Source: an uncultured Chloroflexia bacterium (GTDB taxonomy: Bacteria; Chloroflexota; Limnocylindria; QHBO01). Taken from it: a DNA stretch of 64,000 nt. Positions 19,845 through 28,978 of this stretch are shown here, piece by piece (positions within the stretch are counted from its first letter, which is position 1; every line of letters begins with the position of its first letter). Under the pieces are notes generated by a model. The model was not told the origin of the DNA. It did no database searches and saw only the letters and a list, made by a program, of their open reading frames with translations. The DNA is taken from positions 78,007-142,006 of the forward strand of contig CAWIPT010000004.1 of the NCBI GenBank assembly GCA_963838125.1, read 5' to 3'. A program made the translations under genes and the position numbers.

Positions 19845-20975
19845 GATGCGGCGACGGCGGCCGGGGTCTGGTCGGCGGTCCGGGTGGCGACGGCGTCTCC
19901 GCAGACGGGACACGCCGGGATCGCGCCACAGCCGGATCTCGTCGAACGAGGTGCTCATGGCGTCGAACAGGAGCATCCGCCCGGCCAGCGTCGTTCCCGT
20001 CCCGAGCAGAAGCTTGATCACTTCGTTGGTCTGGAGGAGACCGATGATCCCCGGCAGCACGCCGAGCACCCCGGCCACGGCGCAGTCCGGAGCCAGCTCA
20101 GCGGGAGGTTGGCTGGGGTAGAGGCAGCGGTAGCACGGCCCGTCGAACGGGATGAAGGTCGTGACCTGGCCGTCCCAGCGGTAGATCGAGCCGTGGACCA
20201 CGGGCTTGCGGTACAACGACCGACGCGTCGTTCAGCAGGTAGCGGGTCTCGAAGTTGTCCGTGCCGTCCACGATCACGTCGTAGGTGGCCACCAGCTCGT
20301 CCACGTTGCTGGCGTCCAAGCCGGAACGGGTGGCGGACGATGGTCACAGCGGGGTTGAGGGCAGTCAGGGTCAGCTCCGCACTCTCGGTCTTGGGCATGC
20401 CCACCCGGTCCGCGGCGTGGAGCACCTGGCGCTGGAGGTTGGACTCGTCCACCACGTCGTCGTCCACGATCCCGAGCGTGCCCACGCCGGCCGCCGCGAG
20501 GTACAGCCCGGCCGGCGAGCCCAGCCCGCCGGCACCGATGAGCAGCACCCGGGCATCCAGCAGCTTGCGCTGGCCCTCCTGGCCGATCTCAGGGATCAGG
20601 ATCTGGCGCGAGTACCGGGCCCGCTCCGCCTCGTTCAGGACTCTGGGCCGGGACCTCCCAGGCGCCTCCCAGCGCCTTCCACTCCGCCAGGCGGCCCTGG
20701 ATGTTCAGGACGTCGGTGTAGCCGATCTGGGCCAGGTGCTGCGACGCACGTCGCGAGCGGGCACCGACCGCACAGTGCACGAGCAACGGTGTGGCCTTGT
20801 CCGGCACGACCGTCTCGATCGTCGCCGCGAAGTCGGCGAGCGGGACGAGAGTGGCAGACGGGATGTGGCCCTCGTTCCACTCCACCTGCTCGCGGACGTC
20901 GATGATCCGCCGCTGGTCGGCAAGCTTCACCGCGTCGGCGACCGAGACCTCGTCGAACGTTCCCGGCTCGGGCAT
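19841..20975 (-). pseudogene. moeB: Rhodanese (N-terminal) fused to MoeB/ThiF-type adenylyltransferase; 3-4 frameshifts as assembled
   Basis: ORF 20589..21059 from ATG 20975 (rhodanese, HCAVGARS active-site loop). ORFs 20018..20548 plus extension (LNEAERARYSRQIL, LLIGAGGLGSPAGLYLAAAGVG), 20098..20319 (VIVDGTDNFETRYLLNDA), 19569..20216 (KPVVHGSIYRWDGQV, CYRCLYP). Removing one G of GGG 19917-19919 gives RDPACPVCGD and TGA 19841. Confidence 0.8.
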
Positions 20976-21379
20976 CAGACCGCCTCCGCCTCCGCCGGCC
21001 ACGCCACGGCGCTGCCGGTCACCGCACCCTGGAGCACCTTGTAGCCCAGCAGCGCGCACTTCAGCCGGGCCGGGCCGATGGGCACCCCAAGGTCCTCCAG
21101 CACGCCCTTGGGATCGATGGCCCGGACGTCGTCCAGGCTCATGCCGCGGAGCGAATCGGTCAGGATCGATGCTGACGCCTGGCTGATCGCACAGCCGCGG
21201 CCCTCGAAGGCAACGTCCGCGATCCCCGACCGGTCATCGGTCAGGACCAGGGTCATCGACAGCTCGTCGCCGCAGGTCGGGTTCGAGTCGGCGGCGTGGA
21301 GGTCGTGGGGATTCAGAACCCCCGCGTTATGGGGGTTCTTGTAGTGCTCGAGGATGAAGTCGCGGTAGAGGTTGTCCAT
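20975..21379 (-). CDS. sufU: SUF-system Fe-S scaffold/sulfur acceptor SufU
   Basis: Intact 134-aa ORF: ILEHYKNPHN, NPTCGDEL, GRGCAISQASAS, ARLKCALL. Confidence 0.9.
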   Translation of the reverse strand: MDNLYRDFILEHYKNPHNAGVLNPHDLHAADSNPTCGDELSMTLVLTDDRSGIADVAFEGRGCAISQASASILTDSLRGMSLDDVRAIDPKGVLEDLGVPIGPARLKCALLGYKVLQGAVTGSAVAWPAEAEAV

Positions 21380-21392
21380 ATCGGTCCTGGGG

Positions 21393-22655
21393 TCAGCTGA
21401 AGAGGGTCACCGCCGCCCGGACCGCATCGGCCAGGGTGGAGACGTCGTCGAGGTCGTTGTAGACGTAGAAGCTGGCCCGGGTGGTGGCCGGGATGTCGTA
21501 GCGCTGCATCACCGGCTGGGCGCAGTGGTGCCCGGCGCGGACCGCGACCCCGTGGTGGTCGAGGATGGTGGCCATGTCGTGCGGGTGGACCTCGTCCACC
21601 ACGAAGCTGATCACTCCGGCGTGGAGTTCGGGATCATCAGGACCCAGACGGCGGACGCCGGGGATCTCCCCCAGGGCGGACCACGCGTTCTCGAACAGGT
21701 AGCGCTCGTGCTCGCGGACGTTGGCCATACCGATATCGGTCAGGTAGTCCACCGCGGCACCCAGGCCGATGGCCTCCACGATGGCCGGGGTGCCGGCCTC
21801 GAATTTCTGGGGCACCTCGTTCCACTCCGCGCCGTCCATCGTGACCCGGATGATCATGTTGCCCCCGGTCAGGAAGGGTGGCATGGCCTCCAGCAGCTCG
21901 AGTCGGCCCCACAGGGCGCCGATGCCGGACGGGCCGAGCATCTTGTGCCCGCTGACCGCCAGGAAGTCGCACCCGATGGCCTGGATATCGATGGGCATGT
22001 GCGGCGCGGCCTGGGCGGCGTCGACCAGGACCAGGGCGCCAGCGGCATGGGCGCGCTCGGTGATCTCGCGGACCGGGTTGATGGTGCCCAGCGCATTGGA
22101 CACCGCGGCCACGGCCACCAGCTTGGGCTTGGCGGCCAGGTGGCGGTCGAGGTCGTCAAGGTCCAGCCGGCCGTCATCGGTGATCAGGACGTAGCGCAGC
22201 TCTGCGCCGACTTCCTTCGTCAGTTGCTGCCACGGAACGATGTTGGCGTGGTGCTCGAGCTGGGTGGTGACCATCACGTCGCCGGCACCCAGGTTCGTCC
22301 GGCCCCACGAGTAGGCGACAAGGTTGATGGCCTCGGTCGCGTTGCGCACGAACACGATCTCGCGCTCGCTCGGCGCGTTGAGGAACTGGGTGACCTTGCG
22401 CCGCGCTGACTCGAAGCGCTGCGTCGCGTCCTCGCTCAGCTCGTAGATGCCGCGGTGGACGTTGGCGTAGTGGTGCGAGTACGCGTCCTGCATGGCGTCG
22501 ATCACGACCCGCGGCTTGGGCGCGGACGCGGCCGAGTCCAAGTAGACGAGGCGGTTGCCGCTGCCGGTCGGGCGCTCGAAGACCGGGAAGTCGGCCCGCT
22601 TCTCGGATCCGCTGAAGGCGCCGGGGATGGCGGCTGGTTCGGTGCGGACGGCCAT
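21393..22655 (-). CDS. sufS: Cysteine desulfurase SufS
   Basis: Intact 420-aa ORF: YLDSAASAPKP, SGHKMLGPSGIGALWG, VRAGHHCAQP. Confidence 0.9.
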   Translation of the reverse strand: MAVRTEPAAIPGAFSGSEKRADFPVFERPTGSGNRLVYLDSAASAPKPRVVIDAMQDAYSHHYANVHRGIYELSEDATQRFESARRKVTQFLNAPSEREIVFVRNATEAINLVAYSWGRTNLGAGDVMVTTQLEHHANIVPWQQLTKEVGAELRYVLITDDGRLDLDDLDRHLAAKPKLVAVAAVSNALGTINPVREITERAHAAGALVLVDAAQAAPHMPIDIQAIGCDFLAVSGHKMLGPSGIGALWGRLELLEAMPPFLTGGNMIIRVTMDGAEWNEVPQKFEAGTPAIVEAIGLGAAVDYLTDIGMANVREHERYLFENAWSALGEIPGVRRLGPDDPELHAGVISFVVDEVHPHDMATILDHHGVAVRAGHHCAQPVMQRYDIPATTRASFYVYNDLDDVSTLADAVRAAVTLFS

Positions 22656-22673
22656 CGGTCTGTCTCCCTGTGC

Positions 22674-23523
22674 CTAGTGCGACGCCGCCTGGGCAGGCTC
22701 TTCGACAACCTCGTCGCCGGTTCCGGCCGGCAGGCCCACCTGCTCACGGACCCAGTCGTAGCCATTGGCCTCGAGCTGGTGGGAGAGCTCCTCGCCGCCG
22801 GACATGACCACCCGGCCGTCGAGCAGGACGTGGACCTGGTCGGGCTTCACGTAGTTCAGCATCCGCTGGTAGTGGGTGATCATCAGCACCCCCATCTCCG
22901 GCGACAGGGTGGCGTTGATGCCGTCGGCCACGTTGCGCAGGGCGTCGATGTCCAGGCCGGAGTCGGTCTCGTCCAGGATGGCCATCTTCGGGCGACTGGA
23001 TGGCGAGCTGGAGCATCTCGAGCCGCTTCTTCTCGCCGCCGGAGAAGCCGTCGTTCACGTAGCGGGTGGCAAAGCCCGGGTCCATCTTCAGCAGCTCCAT
23101 CTTCTCCTCGAGGAGCTTGCGGAACTTGGCGAGCGGAATGCCGGAGTACTTCGGTGGGCCCCCGTTGGTATCGGCGGCTGGTTGGGCCGGGTGGTGCACC
23201 GCGTTGTAGATGTTGCGCAGGAAGCTGGCGACGGTGACGCCCGGGATGGCGCTGGGGTACTGGAAGGCGAGGAACAGGCCGGCCCGTGCCCGCTTGTCGG
23301 GGGAGAGCTTGACGATGCTCTCGCCGCGCCAGGTGATGTCGCCGGCGTCCACCTTGTACTCGGGATGTCCCAGCAGGGCGTAGGCCAGGCTCGTCTTGCC
23401 CGAGCCGTTCGGACCCATCAGGGCGTGGACCTCGCCCTGGGACACGGTCAGCGACAGGCCCTTGAGGATCTTGCGTTTCCCGGCGCTGACTTCGAGGTCG
23501 GTGATCACCAGCTGGTCGGTCAT
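22674..23523 (-). pseudogene. sufC: Fe-S assembly ATPase SufC, one frameshift as assembled
   Basis: ORF 22744..24147 from ATG 23523 (MTDQLVITDLEV, GPNGSGKTS, FSGGEKKR) plus ORF 22674..22985 (MAILDETDSGLDIDAL, MITHYQRML). Removing one G of GGG 22990-22992 gives LAIQSPKMAILDETDSG. Confidence 0.9.
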
Positions 23524-24035
23524 GGGGCTCCGTTCATGGTCTGGGACTGGGCCAGGGCGGTGGCCTCCGCGGCGGCCCGGATGCGGCGCCGGACATCGGG
23601 CGAGTAGGGAGGTCCACCGGCGGTCGCGGCCTGCTCGGCCAGCTGCGCCAGTGTGGTCGAGCCCAACGTCGAGTCGATGGATTCGAACAGCCGCTCGTAG
23701 GCCTCGTGGACCGAGCATGGTTCGGGTCGGTCGCAGCGCTCGGCGCTCTCGACCCCGGCGCACGGCATCTCCAGCAGCGGCCCATCCAGGGTCCGGATGG
23801 CGGTGGCCAGGCTGATCTGCTCCGGCGGGCGGGCGAGGCGGTAGCCGCCGGCCTGGCCGCGCGTGGCGGTCACGAGTCCGGCGCGCCGAAGGTCGGCCAC
23901 CAGCTGCTCCAGGTAGGCGTGGGGGAGGCGCTCGGACTTGGCCACGCTGGTCAGCGACAACGGCTCCTCGTCCTCGGCGCGAGCGAGGGCCAGGAGCACG
24001 CGGATGCCGTACTCCGAGCGGGTGCTGATCTTCAT
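23520..24035 (-). CDS. Rrf2-family transcriptional regulator with IscR-like Cys/His cluster motif
   Basis: ORF 23520..24263 from ATG 24035: MKISTRSEYGIRVLLALA, RGQAGGYRLARP, PCAGVESAERCDRPEPCSVHE. ATGA overlaps on both sides. Confidence 0.85.
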   Translation of the reverse strand: MKISTRSEYGIRVLLALARAEDEEPLSLTSVAKSERLPHAYLEQLVADLRRAGLVTATRGQAGGYRLARPPEQISLATAIRTLDGPLLEMPCAGVESAERCDRPEPCSVHEAYERLFESIDSTLGSTTLAQLAEQAATAGGPPYSPDVRRRIRAAAEATALAQSQTMNGAP

Positions 24036-24400
24036 GGCAGGTCCACCGTGACCACGCCGTCGTCCACGTGCACAGGGTACGCCCGGACCGGGACGACGGG
24101 CGGCAGGGCCAGGACCCGGCCGGTGAACAGGTCGAACCGGCCGCCATGGCGGGGACACTCCACCGCGGTGCCGTCCAGCTCCCCGTCGCCGAGATCGCCC
24201 TCGTCGTGGGTGCACACGTCGTCGATCGCTCCCCAGCGGTCGTCCAGGGTGCGGCCCACGCACAACGGCTTGCCCTGGACGGTGACGGTCACCACCGTTC
24301 CGGGCTCCACGTCCGCGGCGAGCAGTCCGGTCGAAAAGCCGCCGCGGGCGGTGTGGAGCGCCGGGCTGTCATCGGTGAGGACCTCGGCAGGCTCGCTCAC
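24032..24400 (-). CDS. Rieske [2Fe-2S] ferredoxin-type protein of the actinobacterial suf operon
   Basis: Last 122 codons of ORF 24032..24679: CTHDEGDL and CPRHGGRFD. GTG 24400 overlaps the sufD TGA. Confidence 0.85.
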   Translation of the reverse strand: MSEPAEVLTDDSPALHTARGGFSTGLLAADVEPGTVVTVTVQGKPLCVGRTLDDRWGAIDDVCTHDEGDLGDGELDGTAVECPRHGGRFDLFTGRVLALPPVVPVRAYPVHVDDGVVTVDLP

Positions 24401-25662
24401 GCCGCCTCCTGACCGATGCGGGACGCGAGCGCCGCCAGGACCCGGGCACGGATGGGCTCGGAGCCGATGTCGGCCACGGCACGCTCGAAGAAGCCGCGCA
24501 CGATCATCCGCTCCGCATCGTCGGCGGTCAGGCCGCGGGTCTGGGCGTAGAACATCTGGGTCGGGTCGATGGCCCCCGCCGTGGCCCCGTGGCCGCAGCG
24601 CAGGATGTCGTTGGTCTCGATCTCGAGGACCGGGATCGGCTCGGCTCCCGCCTCCGGCGAGAGGAGCAGGTTGCGGCACTCCTGGTAGGAGCTCGTCTGC
24701 TTGGCCTGGGGGCGGACGCGGGTCAGACCGTAGAACGCGGCCCGGGAGCGCTCGTAGAGGGCCGAGAGGTACAGGAGATCCGACGTGGTGTGCGATGCGA
24801 GGAGGTCCTGGATGGAGTTGATGTCGATCCGCTGGTCGTCACCGGCGGCCAGCAGACCCAGCAGCCGGCTCGTCCCGCCGGCACCGGCCATCTGGACCTC
24901 GAGGCCGAGCTTGGTGATGCGCGAGCCGATCTCGGCGTTGAGGGTGGTGACCTCCGCGTCCTGGCCCACGACCACGCGCTGGGCGGACACCCGCCAGGCC
25001 TGGTCGCCGAGCAGCTGGAGGCTGGCGTACCGCACCTTCGCCCCACGCTCGAGTCGCACGTCGACGATGCCGCCGAACCAGCTGGGGCTGCCGTCGGGGG
25101 AGCTGAACTCCTCGAGGAGCGTGAGCTGGGAGCCCTCCCCGGCGACCACCAGCGTGACCGGGAACGTGGCTCCGTGCGCCTGCCCCGTGACCGTGCGTGC
25201 CCGCAGGACCAGGTCGACGGTGACGTTGGGCGGGACGTAGAGGAACGTACCCGTTGTCCACGCCGCGCGGGCGAGGTGCCAGAACGCGGCGTGAGTCGCA
25301 GGCCCGACCGCCGCGTCAGTGAGAAGCGGACGGACGAGGTCCGGATGCCGTTCGGCGGCCTCGCCCAGCGGCGCGAACACCACGCCCGCCTCCTCGGACG
25401 CCGAATCGAGATCGGATACCTCGGTCGTGGCCGTCTCGTCGAGCGTGGCCTGGACCGGCAGGTCCTTCAGCGACGTCCGGCGCCATTCCTCCTCGGATCC
25501 CGTCGGCCACGGCGTGGCCAGGTAGCGCTCGGCCGCGGTCCGTCGAGCGTCGCGAAGCCAATCGGCCTCACCGCGCGCGGTGGACAGGCCCACCAGCGCA
25601 TCGGCTGTGAGGCTTCCGGGTTCGACCCGGATCGGCGTGGAGGTCTTGGTTCCGGAGGTCAT
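24397..25662 (-). CDS. sufD: Fe-S assembly protein SufD
   Basis: Intact 421-aa ORF, beta-helix-type repeats, C-terminal HGATAGAIDPTQMFYAQTRGL. ATG 25662 lies 4 nt after the sufB TAG. Confidence 0.85.
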   Translation of the reverse strand: MTSGTKTSTPIRVEPGSLTADALVGLSTARGEADWLRDARRTAAERYLATPWPTGSEEEWRRTSLKDLPVQATLDETATTEVSDLDSASEEAGVVFAPLGEAAERHPDLVRPLLTDAAVGPATHAAFWHLARAAWTTGTFLYVPPNVTVDLVLRARTVTGQAHGATFPVTLVVAGEGSQLTLLEEFSSPDGSPSWFGGIVDVRLERGAKVRYASLQLLGDQAWRVSAQRVVVGQDAEVTTLNAEIGSRITKLGLEVQMAGAGGTSRLLGLLAAGDDQRIDINSIQDLLASHTTSDLLYLSALYERSRAAFYGLTRVRPQAKQTSSYQECRNLLLSPEAGAEPIPVLEIETNDILRCGHGATAGAIDPTQMFYAQTRGLTADDAERMIVRGFFERAVADIGSEPIRARVLAALASRIGQEAA

Positions 25663-25666
25663 CGGT

Positions 25667-27102
25667 CTAGCCGACCGCGCCCTCCATCTGGAGCTGGATG
25701 AGGCGGTTCATCTCGACCGCGTACTCCATCGGCAGCTCCTTGACGATGGGCTCGATGAACCCGTTCACGATCATGGCGCTGGCCTCGGCCTCGGTCAGGC
25801 CGCGGCTCATCAGGTAGAACAGCTGATCGGAGCCGACCTTCGACACCGAGGCCTCGTGACCGATGGTCACGTCCTCCTCATCGATCTCCATGTACGGATA
25901 GGTGTCCGACCGCGCCTCGTCCGAGAGGATCAGCGCATCACAGCGAACGGTGGACTTGGACTTCTTGCTGCCGGGGTAGACCTTGATCAGGCCCCGATAG
26001 CTCGTCCGGCCGGTCCCGTGGCTGATGGACTTGCTGGTGATCAGGCTCGTCGTGTTGGGCGCGGCATGGATGATCTTGCCGCCGGCGTCCTGGTGCTGTC
26101 CGCTCCCGGCGAAGGCAATGCTCAGCACCTCGCCGTGTGCCCGCTCCCCGACCAGGTAGATGCTCGGGTACTTCATGGTCAGGTGCGAACCGAGGTTGCC
26201 GTCCACCCACTCCATGACCGCGTCCTCGTGGGCCACGGCCCGCTTGGTGACGAGGTTATAGACGTTGTGCGACCAGTTCTGGATGGTCGTGTACCGGACC
26301 CGGGCACCCTTCTTGACGATGATCTCGACCACCGCGCTATGGAGGCTGGCCGTCGTGAACGACGGGGCAGTGCAGCCCTCGACGTAGTGCACGCTGGAGC
26401 CCTCGTCGGCAATGATCAGCGTCCGCTCGAACTGACCCATGCTCTCGGTGTTGATCCGGAAGTAGGCCTGAAGTGGCAGCTCGACATGAACCCCGGGCGG
26501 GACGTAGATGAAGCTGCCGCCCGACCAGACGGCGGTGTTGAGCGCGGCGAGCTTGTTGTCGTTGGCCGGGATGACCGTCCCGTAGTACTCGCGGAAGATC
26601 GCCTCGTGCTCCTGGAGCGCCTGGTCAGTGCCCAGGAAGATGACGCCCTGCCGCTCGAGATCGGCCTGGATGTTGTGGTACACGACCTCGGAGTCGTACT
26701 GCCCGCCCACGCCGGCGAGGTACTTCTTCTCCGCCTCGGGGATCCCCAGCCGGTCGTAGGTCTTGCGGATGTAGTCCGGCACGTCGTCCCACGACTGGAC
26801 CGCCTTGTCGGTGCCGGTCACGTAGTAGTAGATGTCCTGGAAGTCGATCTCGCCCAGGTTCCGCCCCAGGTGGGCATCGGTCGCTGCTCGAAATGGCGGT
26901 AGGCCTTCAGCCGGCGCTCGCGCATCCAGTCCGGCTCGCCCTTGATCGCGCTGATCTCGGCGACGATCTCCGCGCTCAGGCCCTTCTTGAAGATGTGCAG
27001 CGGCTTCGCGTCATCGTGCCAGCCGTACTTGTAGCCGGCGGGGACCTGGCTCAGCGCAGGATTGGGGGTGGTCGGAAGGGCCAATTGATCTCCAACTCTC
27101 AA
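25667..27102 (-). pseudogene. sufB: Fe-S assembly protein SufB, one frameshift as assembled
   Basis: ORF 26818..27102 ([28 protein letters not shown]) plus ORF 25667..26821 ([35 protein letters not shown]). One base is missing near 26861 ([18 protein letters not shown]). Confidence 0.9.
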
Positions 27103-27290
27103 GTAATCCGACGTTTTCAGTCGGTGATGAGACCATCATCCTCCGATCGCATCGGTCGGTCAACCAACGAGCCTTCGAGTGGGCTCTCAGGGGATATTGC
27201 CTATCCGAAGGCTTCCGCCGGTGCGACCAGACGCGAAATTGCTTCCCGCCGACCCCCGCGCGCTTTATCCTGCATAGCGAGCTGGGCCCC

Positions 27291-27743
27291 GTGCCTGAGG
27301 ACCGGCCGTCGACCATCACGTACGAGGGTTTTGACTTCATGAGGAATCCGCCGATTCTCATCTCGGTCCTGGGCTTCTTTGCCGTGGCTGCGGGATTCGT
27401 TTGGATCATCGTCGGCCTGCGCGGCCTCGGGATCGAGTTCGGATCGATCTTTGGCGACCTGCCCGCCTACGACAACGTCGGGATCTGGGGCATCGTGTCC
27501 CTGATCGTTGGCGTGGCGTGGATCCTGGCCGGCCTCGGCCTATGGGCGCTCCAGTCCTGGGCGTGGATGTTCGCGGCTATCGTCGCGATCTTCGCCCTGG
27601 TGAACGCCTTCTTCCTGATGGTGGCCTATGCCGGATCCGGCGCGGGCCTGGCGCAGGCGCTCATGCCGGCGCTGATCCTGTGGTACCTCAACACCGACGA
27701 GGTGAAGGCTGCCTTCAGCACCGGGGGCGAACCTCAGGCCTGA
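27291..27743 (+). CDS. Integral membrane protein, unknown function
   Basis: 150-aa ORF with four hydrophobic helices (ILISVLGFFAVAAGFVWIIVGL, WGIVSLIVGVAWILAGLGLWAL). Divergent from sufB; the start could be ATG 27339. Confidence 0.55.
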   Translation: MPEDRPSTITYEGFDFMRNPPILISVLGFFAVAAGFVWIIVGLRGLGIEFGSIFGDLPAYDNVGIWGIVSLIVGVAWILAGLGLWALQSWAWMFAAIVAIFALVNAFFLMVAYAGSGAGLAQALMPALILWYLNTDEVKAAFSTGGEPQA

Positions 27744-27752
27744 CCGGCCACC

Positions 27753-27764
27753 ACCGATATCGGT
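27753..27764. repeat. 12-bp perfect palindrome ACCGATATCGGT (two head-to-head copies of the over-represented ACCGAT core)
   Basis: Read directly; the identical 12-mer recurs at 21729-21740 inside sufS. Confidence 0.9.
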
Positions 27765-27777
27765 ACATGCCAGTTCC

Positions 27778-27812
27778 CGGGCGGCCCGCGTTGACAGCAG
27801 CCGGGCCGCCCG
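27778..27812 (+). terminator. GC-rich hairpin downstream of the membrane-protein gene (possible intrinsic terminator without U-tract)
   Basis: Arms CGGGCGGCCCG (27778-27788) and CGGGCCGCCCG (27802-27812) are perfect complements with a 13-nt loop. No T-run follows. Confidence 0.3.
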
Positions 27813-27965
27813 ATACCGTCCGCACGACCACTCACCCAGCAGGCGAAGGAGACGCACGATGACGACGCCCGTTGTCCACCGATCGCGCCCGCGCCTGCCC
27901 GGAGCACGCTGCCTGGCCTGACCCGGCCTCGGCCGCTCCCCGCGCACACGGGCGCGCTCCCTGAT

Positions 27966-28928
27966 GTGGACCCTTCCCCCTTCATTGGAGTTGCTCCCTT
28001 GTCTTCACCAACGCTGAGCGGGACCGTGCTGCGTGCGCGCAGCGGGTTCTACACCGTGACAACCGAATCAGGCACCTACGAATGCCAGCTCCGCGGCCGG
28101 CTGAAGCGCGAGCGCCAGTCGGAGGATCTTGTCGTCCCCGGCGACGAGGTGACCCTCACTCCACTGGAAAGTGGGAACGGCACCCCGTCCGGCGTGATCG
28201 AGGAGGTCGCGCCGCGGCGCACGCGCTTCTCGCGACGCCAGCCGGGCAATCGCGGGACGTGGAAGGAGGACCTCCTGGTCGCCAACCTCGACCAGCTGCT
28301 GGTGGTCTTCGCCTGCGCCGACCCGGTTCCCCACGTGCGGATGATCGACCGCTTCCTGGTCATTGCCGAGCACAACGGAGTCGAGGCAGTGATCGTGGCC
28401 AACAAGATCGACCTGTGCGGGATCGATGGCGCCCGGACGACCTTCGAGCCGTACGCCCGGATCGGCTATCCGGTCCTCTACGTCAGCGCGCGCACGGGCG
28501 ACGGCACCGAGGAGCTGCGCAACCGGCTGGCTGGGCGGATCAGCCTGCTCACCGGCCCTTCGGGCGTGGGGAAGAGCACGCTCCTCAACACCATCCAGCC
28601 GGGCCTCAACCTGGCCACCGCCGAGGTCAGCGAGGCCCTGCGCAAGGGTCGCCACACGACCACCCTGGCCGAGCTCCTGCCGGTGGACGGACCGATGGGC
28701 GGGCACGTCGTCGACTCCCCCGGACTGCGCCAGATCGGCTTGTGGGACATCCCGGTCGAAGAGATCGCCTGGTGCTACCCGGACCTGCGGCCGTACCTCG
28801 GGGAGTGCCGCTTCGCCGACTGCAGCCACGGACCTGAACCGGGCTGCGCGGTGACCGCCGCCGTGGCGGCAGGGGCCATCAGCCCCGCCCGTATGGACTC
28901 CTATCGGCGGCTCGCAGCCAGCAGCTAG
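27966..28928 (+). CDS. rsgA: Ribosome small-subunit-dependent GTPase A
   Basis: ORF 27966..28928: OB-fold N-terminus (GFYTVTTESGTYECQLRGRL), NKIDL, GPSGVGKSTLLN, RKGRHTTT, zinc knuckle CRFADCSHGPEPGC. Alternative start TTG 27999 after GGAG. Confidence 0.9.
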   Translation: MDPSPFIGVAPLSSPTLSGTVLRARSGFYTVTTESGTYECQLRGRLKRERQSEDLVVPGDEVTLTPLESGNGTPSGVIEEVAPRRTRFSRRQPGNRGTWKEDLLVANLDQLLVVFACADPVPHVRMIDRFLVIAEHNGVEAVIVANKIDLCGIDGARTTFEPYARIGYPVLYVSARTGDGTEELRNRLAGRISLLTGPSGVGKSTLLNTIQPGLNLATAEVSEALRKGRHTTTLAELLPVDGPMGGHVVDSPGLRQIGLWDIPVEEIAWCYPDLRPYLGECRFADCSHGPEPGCAVTAAVAAGAISPARMDSYRRLAASS

Positions 28929-28978
28929 AGGCCACCGCAGCCTGACCGCAGTGGCACCCCCCTACAATCGCCGGGCCG

